Origin: an uncultured Verrucomicrobiae bacterium
GTDB lineage: Bacteria; Verrucomicrobiota; Verrucomicrobiia; Limisphaerales; Palsa-1400
Direction: 5' to 3'
Assembly (NCBI GenBank): GCA_963759415.1
Contig: CAVWZG010000002.1
Span: 259,131 to 323,130, forward strand
Length of the DNA: 64,000 nucleotides
Under the pieces are notes generated by a model. It saw nothing but the letters and a program-made list of their open reading frames with translations. It was not told the DNA's origin and did not search any database. The translations under genes and the position numbers were made by a program. Of the stretch, positions 28,749 to 38,092 are shown piece by piece (positions within the stretch are counted from its first letter, which is position 1; each line of letters opens with the position of its first letter).

Positions 28749-31031
28749 TCACTCCTTTTTGCTGCGATTCAACGCTTCGGTGAACCAATCCGTCGCTTGG
28801 GGTTTGGCTTGTTGAACGCGTGGTTGTGGCCGACTGGGACCTGGCGAGGTCTTGCCAGTGGCGGCCGGGCCAAGAGTTGGCGCCGCCTTCATCGAGAGGG
28901 CGATTCGCTTTCTTGGCAAGTCCACCTCCGTCACAGTGACCATGACTTTCTGCTGCACTTTGACCACCTCCGCCGGATCTTTGACGAAACGGTCGCTGAG
29001 TTGGCTGACGTGGACCAGTCCATCCTGGTGGACGCCGATGTCCACGAAGGCGCCGAAAGCCGTCACGTTGGTGACGATCCCCGGCAGCTTCATACCCGGT
29101 TTCAAATCCTCCATTTTCTCGACGCCAGCCTGGAAGGCGAACACTTCAAATTGCTGGCGCGGGTCGCGGCCCGGTTTGGCCAGTTCGGCCAGGATGTCGT
29201 TGAGCGTCGGCAGGCCAACGTCGGCGGTGACATATTTCGTAAGTTGGATTTTTTGGCGTCGTCCCGCGTCCCGCATCAAGTCATTGACGGTACAGCTTAC
29301 GTCCCGGGCCATCTGGTTCACGATGGGATAACTCTCGGGATGCACCGCGCTGGCATCCAGCGGTTGCGCGCCGTCGCGGATGCGCAAAAACCCGGCCGCT
29401 TGCTCGAACGCTTTTGGCCCCAAACGCGGGACCTCCTTTAATCCGGCGCGGGACTTGAACGGGCCGTGTTCATTGCGGTAGGCCACGATGTTTTCCGCCA
29501 GCGCAGGACCGAAGCCGGAGACGTATGCAAGCAACTGCTTGCTGGCGGTGTTGAGTTCCACGCCCACGCCGTTGACGCAACTCATCACGACATCGTCGAG
29601 GGTCCGTTTAAGGGCGAGTTGATCCACGTCGTGTTGATACTGCCCCACGCCAATGGATTTGGGATCGAGCTTCACCAATTCCGCCAGCGGATCCATCAGC
29701 CGGCGGCCGATGGACACCGCGCCTCGCACGGTGAGGTCGTGGTTCGGAAATTCTTCACGCGCGACCTCCGACGCCGAGTAAATGGAAGCGCCGCTCTCGT
29801 TGACCATGACCACGGGAATGGTGGACGGCAGTTTGAGCATCTTGACGAAGGCCTCGGTCTCGCGGCTGGCTGTGCCATTGCCGATGGCGATGGCTTCGAT
29901 TTGAAATTTGCGAATCATGCCAAGCACCGCCTCGGCCGCTTCGCGCACCTCGCCCTGCGAGGAGGCGGTCGGGTAAATCACATCGTTGTGCAACAGCTTG
30001 CCTTGCCGGTCCAGGCAGACGACTTTGCAACCGGTGCGGAACCCTGGATCAATCGCCAGCACGTTCTTGCGGCCCAGTGGCGAGGATAACAGCAACTCGC
30101 GCAGGTTCTCCGAAAACACCCGAATCGCTTCCGTGTCGGCACGTTTTTTGGATTCAATCCGAATTTCCACTTCAATCGCCTGGCCGAGCAAGCGCTTGTA
30201 ACCGTCCTGCACCGCCAGACGCACCTGTTCGGCGGCAGGGCCTTTGTCGGTGACAAAAAGTGGTTCGATCAAAGCCAACGCCTCTTCCTCCGGCGGAGTG
30301 ATCCGCATCATGAGCAAGCCTTCGCTCTCGCCACGGCGAATGGCCAGCATCCGGTGGCTGGGGATTTTGGCGACCGGCTCGCTCCAATTAAAGTAGTCCT
30401 TGAACTTGGCGGCGGCTTCCTCTTTTTCGAACGCAACTTTCGATTTCACCACCGCTTTGCTCCAGAACAACTCGCGCAGCTTGGCGCGCGCCTGGGCATC
30501 GTCGCTGATGCGCTCGGCGAGAATATCGCGTGCGCCCGCCAGGGCGGCAGCCACATCCGCCACGCCCTTTTCCGCGTTGACATAAGCCTGGGCTGCCGTG
30601 TTCGGGTCCGTCGTGGATTGCTGGTTGAAGAGCAGGTCAGCCAGCGGTTCCAGCCCAAGCTCCTTGGCAATGGTGGCGCGGGTCCGGCGTTTCGGTCGGT
30701 AAGGCTGAAAAACATCCTCCAGAGCAGTCAGCGTCTCAGCCCCGACAACGGCGGACTTGAGTTGGTCCGTCAGGAGATTGCGCTCGGTGAGAGATTTGAG
30801 GATGGCCTCCCGGCGCTGATCCAGTTCCGCCAGGCTCAGGAGTCGTTCGCGAATGGTCATGATGGCCACTTCATCCAACGATCCCGTTGCCTCCTTGCGA
30901 TAACGGGCGATAAACGGAACGGTTGCGCCCTCCGCGAAAAGTTTGGCGGTGGCGGTGACTTGCCTCGGTTGAACCTTGAGTTCACCCGCAATTTTAAAAA
31001 TATGTGCTTCGTTCATTTCAAAAGTGGTCAA
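28749..31031 (-). CDS. tex: Tex family RNA-binding transcriptional accessory protein
   Basis: GATVPFIARYRKE, IDPGFRTGCK, IGVGQYQHDV and a C-terminal S1 domain; start at TTG 31031 or ATG 31016. Confidence 0.96.
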   Translation of the reverse strand: MTTFEMNEAHIFKIAGELKVQPRQVTATAKLFAEGATVPFIARYRKEATGSLDEVAIMTIRERLLSLAELDQRREAILKSLTERNLLTDQLKSAVVGAETLTALEDVFQPYRPKRRTRATIAKELGLEPLADLLFNQQSTTDPNTAAQAYVNAEKGVADVAAALAGARDILAERISDDAQARAKLRELFWSKAVVKSKVAFEKEEAAAKFKDYFNWSEPVAKIPSHRMLAIRRGESEGLLMMRITPPEEEALALIEPLFVTDKGPAAEQVRLAVQDGYKRLLGQAIEVEIRIESKKRADTEAIRVFSENLRELLLSSPLGRKNVLAIDPGFRTGCKVVCLDRQGKLLHNDVIYPTASSQGEVREAAEAVLGMIRKFQIEAIAIGNGTASRETEAFVKMLKLPSTIPVVMVNESGASIYSASEVAREEFPNHDLTVRGAVSIGRRLMDPLAELVKLDPKSIGVGQYQHDVDQLALKRTLDDVVMSCVNGVGVELNTASKQLLAYVSGFGPALAENIVAYRNEHGPFKSRAGLKEVPRLGPKAFEQAAGFLRIRDGAQPLDASAVHPESYPIVNQMARDVSCTVNDLMRDAGRRQKIQLTKYVTADVGLPTLNDILAELAKPGRDPRQQFEVFAFQAGVEKMEDLKPGMKLPGIVTNVTAFGAFVDIGVHQDGLVHVSQLSDRFVKDPAEVVKVQQKVMVTVTEVDLPRKRIALSMKAAPTLGPAATGKTSPGPSRPQPRVQQAKPQATDWFTEALNRSKKE

Positions 31032-31035
31032 AGAG

Positions 31036-32052
31036 TTAACTCGTCGCGTTTGGTCGTTGCGCCAGCCGCTTTAATCTTTCCAGCAGCTCAGATGGAGTCG
31101 GACGCGTGGAGAGCGGCACCCCTGCGGCCGTAAAATCAGGTTGTGCCTCGGTCAACGCTTTGCCGATTTCGGACTCGAAGAGATAATCCGTCAAGTTCTC
31201 TTCTTTCATGGTATAGGCCCTCTTCCATACAACCGAGACGGCTCGGCCAAACGCTCGCCAGTTGAACCAGGCCGCGCGTTCCGAAGTCGATTCGAACATC
31301 AGTTGCCAGCCCTTATTCACGTCGAGGGAATACTCCTTTCGATTGCCATCATACCGGGCTTGGAAAAGCTCGGCGAGTTGCATTTCCGCGAGCGTGTCCT
31401 GTACGCGGCGTTGTGAGTAGCCAAGTTCGCGCGCCAGTCCGCTGGCTGTTCCGCGTCCATGCGCCACCAACCACGCGAATACATCGGCGCGGATATTAAC
31501 CCCAAAAAAGGCGCGGCATTTCAACATCAGACTCGTGGGCGTCCATGCAGGCATCGGCTGCGCCTGCCCGCGAAGAAAGGCGGGTGATCGCGCCCAGCCA
31601 TAGCGCGCAAAAGCCTCGTCTCGCTCGTCATCCATAGGGACCATCGGCCTGCCTTGCCTTTGGAACAGGGGCTCCAACGGTTGCTTGGTCACCAACCGGC
31701 ATCGTTCGGCGAGAGTCCGCCATTTCGGTCCCTTTTCGTGCTGCGTCATGAACGCAGCCACCGCTCCCACCAGCGACGGTGAGCAAGTCCGGTCTTCATT
31801 TAGCAGCGTGGTCAGCCGCACGACATTGATCCACCGTCCATTGCGCACGAGCCAATCCAGCACTTCGTCAAAAACTCGTGCGTCCTGCCGCGCACATTCC
31901 CACGTGAGAAGCAGCAACGGTTCCGGGTCCACTATCCGAGCGGCTCCGCCCTTGTCGTGCCCCATGACTCCAACCTGAGACCAGGCGGTCCATATTGCGT
32001 CCAGCACCACCTTTGACAGATCGGCTCTAAATGTTTTCAGCAAGTCTTTCAT
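31036..32052 (-). CDS. Hypothetical protein with winged-helix-like segment, probable partner of the upstream nucleotidyltransferase
   Basis: RADVFAWLVAHGRGTASGLARELGYSQRRVQDTL HTH-like segment; ATG 32052 overlaps the upstream relic. Confidence 0.65.
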   Translation of the reverse strand: MKDLLKTFRADLSKVVLDAIWTAWSQVGVMGHDKGGAARIVDPEPLLLLTWECARQDARVFDEVLDWLVRNGRWINVVRLTTLLNEDRTCSPSLVGAVAAFMTQHEKGPKWRTLAERCRLVTKQPLEPLFQRQGRPMVPMDDERDEAFARYGWARSPAFLRGQAQPMPAWTPTSLMLKCRAFFGVNIRADVFAWLVAHGRGTASGLARELGYSQRRVQDTLAEMQLAELFQARYDGNRKEYSLDVNKGWQLMFESTSERAAWFNWRAFGRAVSVVWKRAYTMKEENLTDYLFESEIGKALTEAQPDFTAAGVPLSTRPTPSELLERLKRLAQRPNATS

Positions 32053-32367
32053 GGCCAATACGATCAAGAACCTTCTTGAGTTTAAGACGAAAATCCGCGC
32101 CGGTCTTCCGCTTGAGCAACCAATCCACTGCGGCGCGCGCTTCGGCTTCCGTCGGTTCCAAATCGATCAGGTCGCCCAGATGCGTCTCGATGCGAGTCTT
32201 CGGATCCATCGCCGCGTAAATCTTGAGGTGGATTTGGTCCAGGCGCAACTGACCAATTCAACCGGCTCCAATTCCGCATAGACCATTTTGGCGTTCAACC
32301 GCTTGAGCGCCTCTTCAATGCCGGCTTTGCCGGAAAATTGGCCACCGATTGTGTCTTTATTTATCAC
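32027..32367 (-). pseudogene. Internally deleted DUF6036-like nucleotidyltransferase
   Basis: N-terminus ...EEALKRLNAKMVYAELEPVELV joins out of frame near 32250 to C-terminus RLDQIHLKIYAAMD...HLGDLIDLEPTEAEARAAVDW; the catalytic GG...DxD core is absent. Confidence 0.6.
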
Positions 32368-32584
32368 GTTTCTAGCGCAATAACGTCAGAAGCCGCCGCT
32401 TTATGCAAGTGAAAAAACATCCTCCAGCGCAGGAGCGCCGGCTTTGGCGGTGAGAGATTTGAGGATGGCCTCCGAAAATGTTGCGGGTTATGGATGCAGC
32501 CTCCTTGTCAATGGGCATGTAGCCATTGAAATCGCCGCAATACATACACGCCACCGCCAATCCGAACCAGCTTCTGTGGTATCA

Positions 32585-34006
32585 TCATTGGCCTTGCTGT
32601 TGGTTATACTGAAGCCACTCTTTTTCCCACATGTCATAACTCCCGTCGCCAGACGCCGCCATCTGAACCGATCCATCAATAAGGAGGTAAGCCCGGGACC
32701 AAATTCCATCCGGCATTTGGCGGGCCTGTTTCTCGCGGGCGCAAAAGAAATAGGGTGGGGTCTTTGTGGACAATGGCGTCCCGTGATTAAGAATCTCGAA
32801 GGAATTCGTTCCGACGCCTAAGTCGGGATATTGTTGTACAAGGTTCGGAATTTGCCCAAAGTCTGTCGGAAGCAGGCCGCCATTGGTGGCCGCATACTTC
32901 CGGCTTGCCTCGCCAACTTCATGTAGAGAATTTTCAACGGCTGCCCTGATTGTTCGAGACTTCGCCTCGGCCTCCCTCAAAGCCAGCATCTTGGCGTTTT
33001 CGGCCTGCGCGGCAGCCAGATCAGCTTGCCGCTTTGTGAGTGCATCGCGAAGGACCCCGACTTCTCCACGCAGCCTCAACAAGTCCGCGTGTTCGCGCCG
33101 CAACTCCACCAATTCGCCACTATCCGAGTTCTCGCCACTGGCCGCTTTCGACGAAAGCGACGGCTGAGGCTGCTGGCGCAGTTGGCTGATTTGTTGGCTC
33201 AAGGCCGCGTTCTCGCCTTGCAATCCGTTGAGTGAACGATATTCCGCCGTCAGCCAAACGGCCAATCCAGCGGCAATTCCTGTGGCGATGATTCCTGCCT
33301 TGAACGAGGTAAGGGTCATAAGAGTGACTGTGATTGCGGTTGGGGTTGCCGCGCCTGCCAGCGACGCCCCTGCCAGTCTGGCGGCAAGTCCCACGGGCGC
33401 GGTTTGAATTGCATTAGTTGACAAAACGGCCAAGAGCATGGCCGCCGTGGTCGTGATTCCGTGGCGGGCGAGGATCGCCCGAAGTTTTTCCAGCGCGCGC
33501 GCCACCCTCTTCTGCGCGGCGTCGTCGCTGATCTCCAGGGCCGCGCCGATGGCTTGAAAATCCTGGTTCTGGAAAAACCGCAGCAACATCGCCTGACGGT
33601 CCTCTTCCCCCAGATCAGCCAGAGCTTCGTCCAACCTCGGTCGGACTTGCTCCCAGTCGGGTGACGCTACTGCGGCGGGATCAAAGTCTTGCATGGCTTG
33701 GCTTTCTCGGATGTGGCGGCGGTGCTCGGTTCGCAGGTGTTTGGAAACCGCATAACGTGTGCTGCGATAGAGCCAGCCCACAATCGTGCCATTCTCCTCA
33801 AGTGTGCTGGCCAGCGACGACGCTTTGCGAGCCAGATCCGTGAAAACACTTTGGGCGACATCCTCGGCAAGAGCGGCGCAGCCAACTTGTCTCAACACGG
33901 CAGAGTAAATCAGGTCGGTGTAGCGGGCGACGATCTCCGCGAATGCCGCCTCCGAACCCAGGTGGGCGTATTCGCTGAGCAGTTGTGCGTCGGCTTTAGC
34001 TTGCAT
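32585..34006 (-). CDS. ECF sigma factor with TM anchor, coiled coil and extracytoplasmic C-terminal domain
   Basis: sigma2 (AEDVAQSVFTDLARKA, GWLYRSTR); sigma4 (LRFFQNQDFQAIGAALEISDDAAQKRVARALEKLR); TM GIIATGIAAGLAVWL. Confidence 0.9.
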   Translation of the reverse strand: MQAKADAQLLSEYAHLGSEAAFAEIVARYTDLIYSAVLRQVGCAALAEDVAQSVFTDLARKASSLASTLEENGTIVGWLYRSTRYAVSKHLRTEHRRHIRESQAMQDFDPAAVASPDWEQVRPRLDEALADLGEEDRQAMLLRFFQNQDFQAIGAALEISDDAAQKRVARALEKLRAILARHGITTTAAMLLAVLSTNAIQTAPVGLAARLAGASLAGAATPTAITVTLMTLTSFKAGIIATGIAAGLAVWLTAEYRSLNGLQGENAALSQQISQLRQQPQPSLSSKAASGENSDSGELVELRREHADLLRLRGEVGVLRDALTKRQADLAAAQAENAKMLALREAEAKSRTIRAAVENSLHEVGEASRKYAATNGGLLPTDFGQIPNLVQQYPDLGVGTNSFEILNHGTPLSTKTPPYFFCAREKQARQMPDGIWSRAYLLIDGSVQMAASGDGSYDMWEKEWLQYNQQQGQ

Positions 34007-34016
34007 CTGAATATAA

Positions 34017-34043
34017 AACACCCGCCGGATCCAAAATCCGACA
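34017..34043 (-). promoter_or_regulatory. Candidate ECF-type autoregulatory promoter
   Basis: TGTCGGA-N16-TGTT ending ~10 nt before ATG 34006; layout resembles the TGTC-led -35/N16/-10 of ECF41-type promoters. Confidence 0.4.
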
Positions 34044-34078
34044 GGTTTTGGCGAAAGCCGGGGGTAACCAGATTCACG

Positions 34079-36825
34079 TCATTTCGCATCGCTTTTCTTC
34101 TTGTCTTGCTTTGACTCCGAGTCGTTCTGCTCCCATTTTTGGATTAGTGACATTTTTTTGTTTGCTTCCTCCAGCAACTGCCGGGCTTGTGCCTGGGTGC
34201 GCACGACCTTGGGGCGGAGAAAGACCAGCAGTTCGGTCTGTTTGCTGGATGTGTCCCGTTTGCCGAACAAATATTTCAATCCAGGGATGCTGCCCAAAAT
34301 GGGGGTTTTGTAGCTGGTATCGCTAAGTTGCTTCTGATTGATGCCACCCAAAACGAGCGTCTCGCCGGCTTTGGCGGTCAGTTTCGTGCGGAATTGGGCG
34401 GAATCAAACACCGGCTGGCCCAGGATTTGGCTTGGGTCAAGGGTGGACGATTCCGTGCGGATTCTACAGGCAAAGTCCCCGGCGTCGTTGATGTGAGGTT
34501 CGACCTCGACGATCACGCCGACATTCCTGTAAGTGAAGCTTTGCGAACTCCCACCTGTGGCCGGGTTCAAGTTGCCGGTCTCGATCGGGATCGCCTGGCC
34601 GACAAAAAGCTTGCCCATGTCATTGTCCTCGATGGTGATTTGCGGTTCGGAGATGACCGTGGCGTCGGCTTTTTCATGCAGGAACTGGATGAGGAAATCC
34701 ATGCTGATGCTGCCGGTCAACACGCCGGAGCGCAAACTGGTCAGGGCTTGGGCCACCGAGGCAGCGGTACTGGAACCGCCGGCGTTGATGGGATTGTTGA
34801 CTTGGGTGTTGTTGCCAACACCTTGCAGGTATGTCCCTCCCACGTTGGGCATGAGGGAGTTCTGATAGTCGGCCCCGGTAAAGACCTGGCTGCCGTTGGG
34901 CGTGTAGCGCACGCCGATTTGATCCAGATAATTGGCGGATATTTGCACCAGCCGGGCTTCGATCATCACTTCGGCGCGCGGGATGTCCATTTCCTCGATC
35001 ATCTTGCTCACCTGGGCAAACAGGTGAACATTGGCCGTGACCAGCAAGGCACTGCTGGCTTCGTCCGGCACCACCCGCACCCTTCCCACCAAATCGCTTA
35101 CCGGGCGATCCGTGCTCCGCTCCACCGAGGCGTTGCGCCCGGTGACATCGGGCGTTCCGCCAAGCCAGGAATAATAGGCGTCTTCCTTGACAACCTGTTC
35201 CAGCGAGAAATCGTCCGCCGGGGGAGTGGCGGTCTGCGTTTGCTGCGCGGTCTGGGTTTGGGGATTGGCGCCGTTGGGATTCTGCTGGGTGACCGGCCTC
35301 AACGGTTGGGCGCCGTTCTTGGCAAAGAGGATGTTGATCCGGTTGGCGATCTTCTGCGCGTTGCCAAAATTCAACTTGACATGATAGGTGGTGTCGCCCG
35401 CCGCCGATGGCTTGTCCAGTTCTTTCACCACAGTTCTTTCACCACCGCGATCACCGCCTCGAGGTTCTCCTGCGAATTGGCCGTGATGATGAGGGCGTTG
35501 GCGGACGCCTCGCTGGTGATGCGCACCTTGCCATACAACCGCCCCACGTCCCGGTCGGCTTGCGGGGCCTGCGGCTCGAAGTAATCAAAATAAGACCGTT
35601 GCGTCGTCTTTTTGAGAAACAGTTCGTTCAGGACGTCTTCGATGTCTCCTGCGCTGACGTTTTCCAGGTGGACGATTTTTGGCTCAAGACTGTTGTCCTG
35701 AATCGGTTTGTCCAGCGCGGCGACAATGGCGGCGATGCCCTCCATCGCGGCGGGCGGGGCCTGGACCAGGATGGCGTTGCGGCGGCGATCGGCCACGATG
35801 GTCGCCTTTTTGGTGTCCTTCGCGTTCGAGTTGCCGCGGTAGTAATAGAAGGGGTTGGACTCGTTCTCCTGGTCCTTGCCCAGGTCCTGCAATTGTTTGG
35901 CCACGTCCTGGGCGTCGGCGTTTGTCAACTCAACTGTCCTCATCACCTTCTCCTGTGCGTCGGCCGTGTCGAGCGACGTTGCAAACTGCTCGATCTCCTT
36001 GAAATTGGCTGCGCTGGAAAGCACCATCAGCGCATTGGCGCTGTCGCTGGCCGAAACTTCGATAAGTTCCTTGGACTGCTTGGCGGTCAATTTTTGGAAG
36101 AGAGGCTGGATCTGCTTGGACAATTCCTGCGCGTTGACGTTCTTCAAATTGATCGCCCGCACGACGACGTCGTCTGTCTTTTCCACGTCCAGGGCGCTGA
36201 TGAGCCTGGCGGCGGCGGCCAGATTATCGTTGTAGTCCGTGACGATCATGACATTGGCCCGATCGTCGGTCACAACCACGGCATTGGTGAAGACGCCTTT
36301 GACTTTCTCGGTCAGGTCCGCGGAGGGAACGTGGTGCAGAGGAAAGACCTTGACCAATCGCTCGTGGCCGCCGGGGATGGCCGTGTCCGCGGACCCGAGC
36401 AGGTCGGGTGTCAGACTCATCTTCGATTCCTGGTCCGCCGGCACAATCAGGATGGAGTCCCTGGTTTCAATGGCGGCAACTCCTTCCATGTTCATGGCGC
36501 GATAGACCATCGTCACCGCTTCCTGCCGGGTGATCTTCTTGACGCCCACGATGGTTACCTGGCAACGGGCATTGGGATGTTTGACAACGGTCTTGCCGGT
36601 GTTCTCGCATAGCCACTGGACGACTTGGTCAATCGGCATGTTCTGAAAGCTCAACTGGATCAAATCGGTCGGCAGTTTCTTGACTTCAATCGGCGCGTTG
36701 GTCGAACCGTCGGGCGCATTGGTCGAAGCTGCCGCCGTCGCGGGAGAATTGGTCTCCGCCGCGGCGCGCGGGGGGCGTTGGTGGCGCCGGGGGGCGCGGC
36801 GGTTGGGTTCGCGTCTTGCGCAGCG
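34079..36825 (-). pseudogene. gspD: Type II secretion GspD-like secretin, disrupted
   Basis: N-domains (IQLSFQNMPIDQV, DDRANVMIVT) and secretin core (YRNVGVIVEVEPHIN, TPILGSIPGLKYLF, ELLVFLRPKVV); split by a 14-bp duplication at 35417-35444, frameshifted near 36772, signal peptide missing. Confidence 0.88.
35417..35444. repeat. Perfect 14-bp tandem duplication causing the secretin frameshift
   Basis: cagttctttcacca cagttctttcacca. Confidence 0.95.
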
Positions 36826-36943
36826 TAAATGCCCTGCAAAATCGAGTAAAGCGTCGTCGTCTTGCCGCTTCCGGTCGGCCCGGTGGCCAGAAACAGGCCA
36901 TGCGGCTTCTCCACCAACCGCGCCATCAACTCCGTGCGCTCCC
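36826..36943 (-). pseudogene. gspE: GspE/PilB ATPase fragment (Walker A only)
   Basis: [36 protein letters not shown] fused directly to the secretin N-terminal linker. Confidence 0.85.
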
Positions 36944-36966
36944 GCGCTATGGGGTGTTCACCTACC
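36944..36966 (-). promoter_or_regulatory. Stress-cluster box, truncated promoter lacking its -10
   Basis: gcgctatggggtgttcacctacc; the gspE relic begins immediately where the spacer and -10 should be. Confidence 0.6.
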
Positions 36967-36990
36967 AGGGCTTTCACCCTGCTACAATGG

Positions 36991-37596
36991 CTATGGAGTC
37001 CTGCTCCGGTTGGTCACAGATGATTCTGTTCTCGAAAGCAACAGCAGGAACACTTCCTGATAGAGATTCTTCATGTCCTCGCCCACGCCTGCGACCGCGC
37101 GGGCACGCTCGGGTTGAGGTTCGTTCTTGCTGGTGACTTGTGCCAGATGCCAGGCGTAGCTCAAGGCCTCGGTCTGGGTCAAAAGCAAGGTCAGCTCAAA
37201 CTTGGCGCCAGTCTGAGTCAATAATTCTTTCTCCTTGGTGGACGCTATGGCATCGCGCGTCCTGGCTTCCCCCGGTGGAAGCTGGATGTCGTCCAAACTG
37301 ATCGAAGGATCATGTTTGGCAAATTCTTCCAACAGCTTTGATCCGGCCCCGGAAGCAGCGGCGATTTTCTTAACGATGTTCTTGACTTCGGAATCTTCCG
37401 GCTTGATGAAGCGCAGGATGCTGACGTCTTTTTGTTCGTCCAGGAGCTGATGAAGCAAACTGTAGCCATTGTTTCGCGTTGATCTCGTCACGCTGCTTGA
37501 GAATGGAGGCTTGCCCTTTGACGATTCACAGCCAGTCAGAACGCAAATGAGCGATAACAATGCCGCAATCTGCGGGAAAGTAATCTTCGTTTTCAC
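36991..37596 (-). CDS. Helical (ferritin/DUF4142-like) lipoprotein
   Basis: Lipobox VLTGC after a hydrophobic stretch (start GTG 37596 or ATG 37623); all-helical [20 protein letters not shown]. Confidence 0.65.
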   Translation of the reverse strand: MKTKITFPQIAALLSLICVLTGCESSKGKPPFSSSVTRSTRNNGYSLLHQLLDEQKDVSILRFIKPEDSEVKNIVKKIAAASGAGSKLLEEFAKHDPSISLDDIQLPPGEARTRDAIASTKEKELLTQTGAKFELTLLLTQTEALSYAWHLAQVTSKNEPQPERARAVAGVGEDMKNLYQEVFLLLLSRTESSVTNRSRTP

Positions 37597-37669
37597 AAAT
37601 AGACGCCCTGGCTGGTCGTTCATGGATGGTTCTTCCGGAACTTGCGGATCGCAACCTCGGAATATTCGC

Positions 37670-37846
37670 TCAATGGCAGCAGCAACCGGCGGCAAATTCT
37701 GTGATCGCCTTTTTGATCGCCTCACGCGTCTCTCCTGTGCATTTCTGAATTCGGCCCAACAGTTCTTCCTGCTTGCCTTCGACGTATTGGAGATCGTCGT
37801 CCGTGAGCTTGGCCCACGCCAAATCCATTGTCCGGTTTATTTTCAT
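37670..37846 (-). CDS. CsbD family stress protein with apparently replaced N-terminus (possible pseudogene)
   Basis: WAKLTDDDLQYVEGKQEELLGRIQKCTGETRE is CsbD-like; the usual GNWxxxKGKLK segment is absent. Confidence 0.75.
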   Translation of the reverse strand: MKINRTMDLAWAKLTDDDLQYVEGKQEELLGRIQKCTGETREAIKKAITEFAAGCCCH

Positions 37847-37852
37847 GCTTCT

Positions 37853-37898
37853 AGAATAACCTGGAGACCTTCCTGCCGCCATGGGGTGTTCTCCCCTT
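37853..37898 (-). promoter_or_regulatory. Stress-cluster box plus promoter (leaderless)
   Basis: Minus strand: AAGGGGAGAACACCCCA-TGGCGG-N17-TATTCT-N6-ATG. Confidence 0.7.
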
Positions 37899-37909
37899 CC
37901 GATTTGTCA

Positions 37910-38092
37910 TCAGGTTGACAGGATCGGTCTTGTCATTGCCTGGTACATCATTTCCTCGCTGAAGAATGGGGTGCCATATAATTCGTACCCGCCTTTTAGC
38001 TTTTCGTTCACTTTCTGCGCAAGCTCGTCGTGGGTTGCGGCATTGACGTGAAAAGGCACAGCGACGATGATGTATTCGATCGGAGTTTTCAT
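37910..38092 (-). CDS. Small DUF1737-like protein
   Basis: EYIIV...[21 protein letters not shown]...YQAMTR; ATGA overlap with the zwf stop. Confidence 0.75.
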   Translation of the reverse strand: MKTPIEYIIVAVPFHVNAATHDELAQKVNEKLKGGYELYGTPFFSEEMMYQAMTRPILST

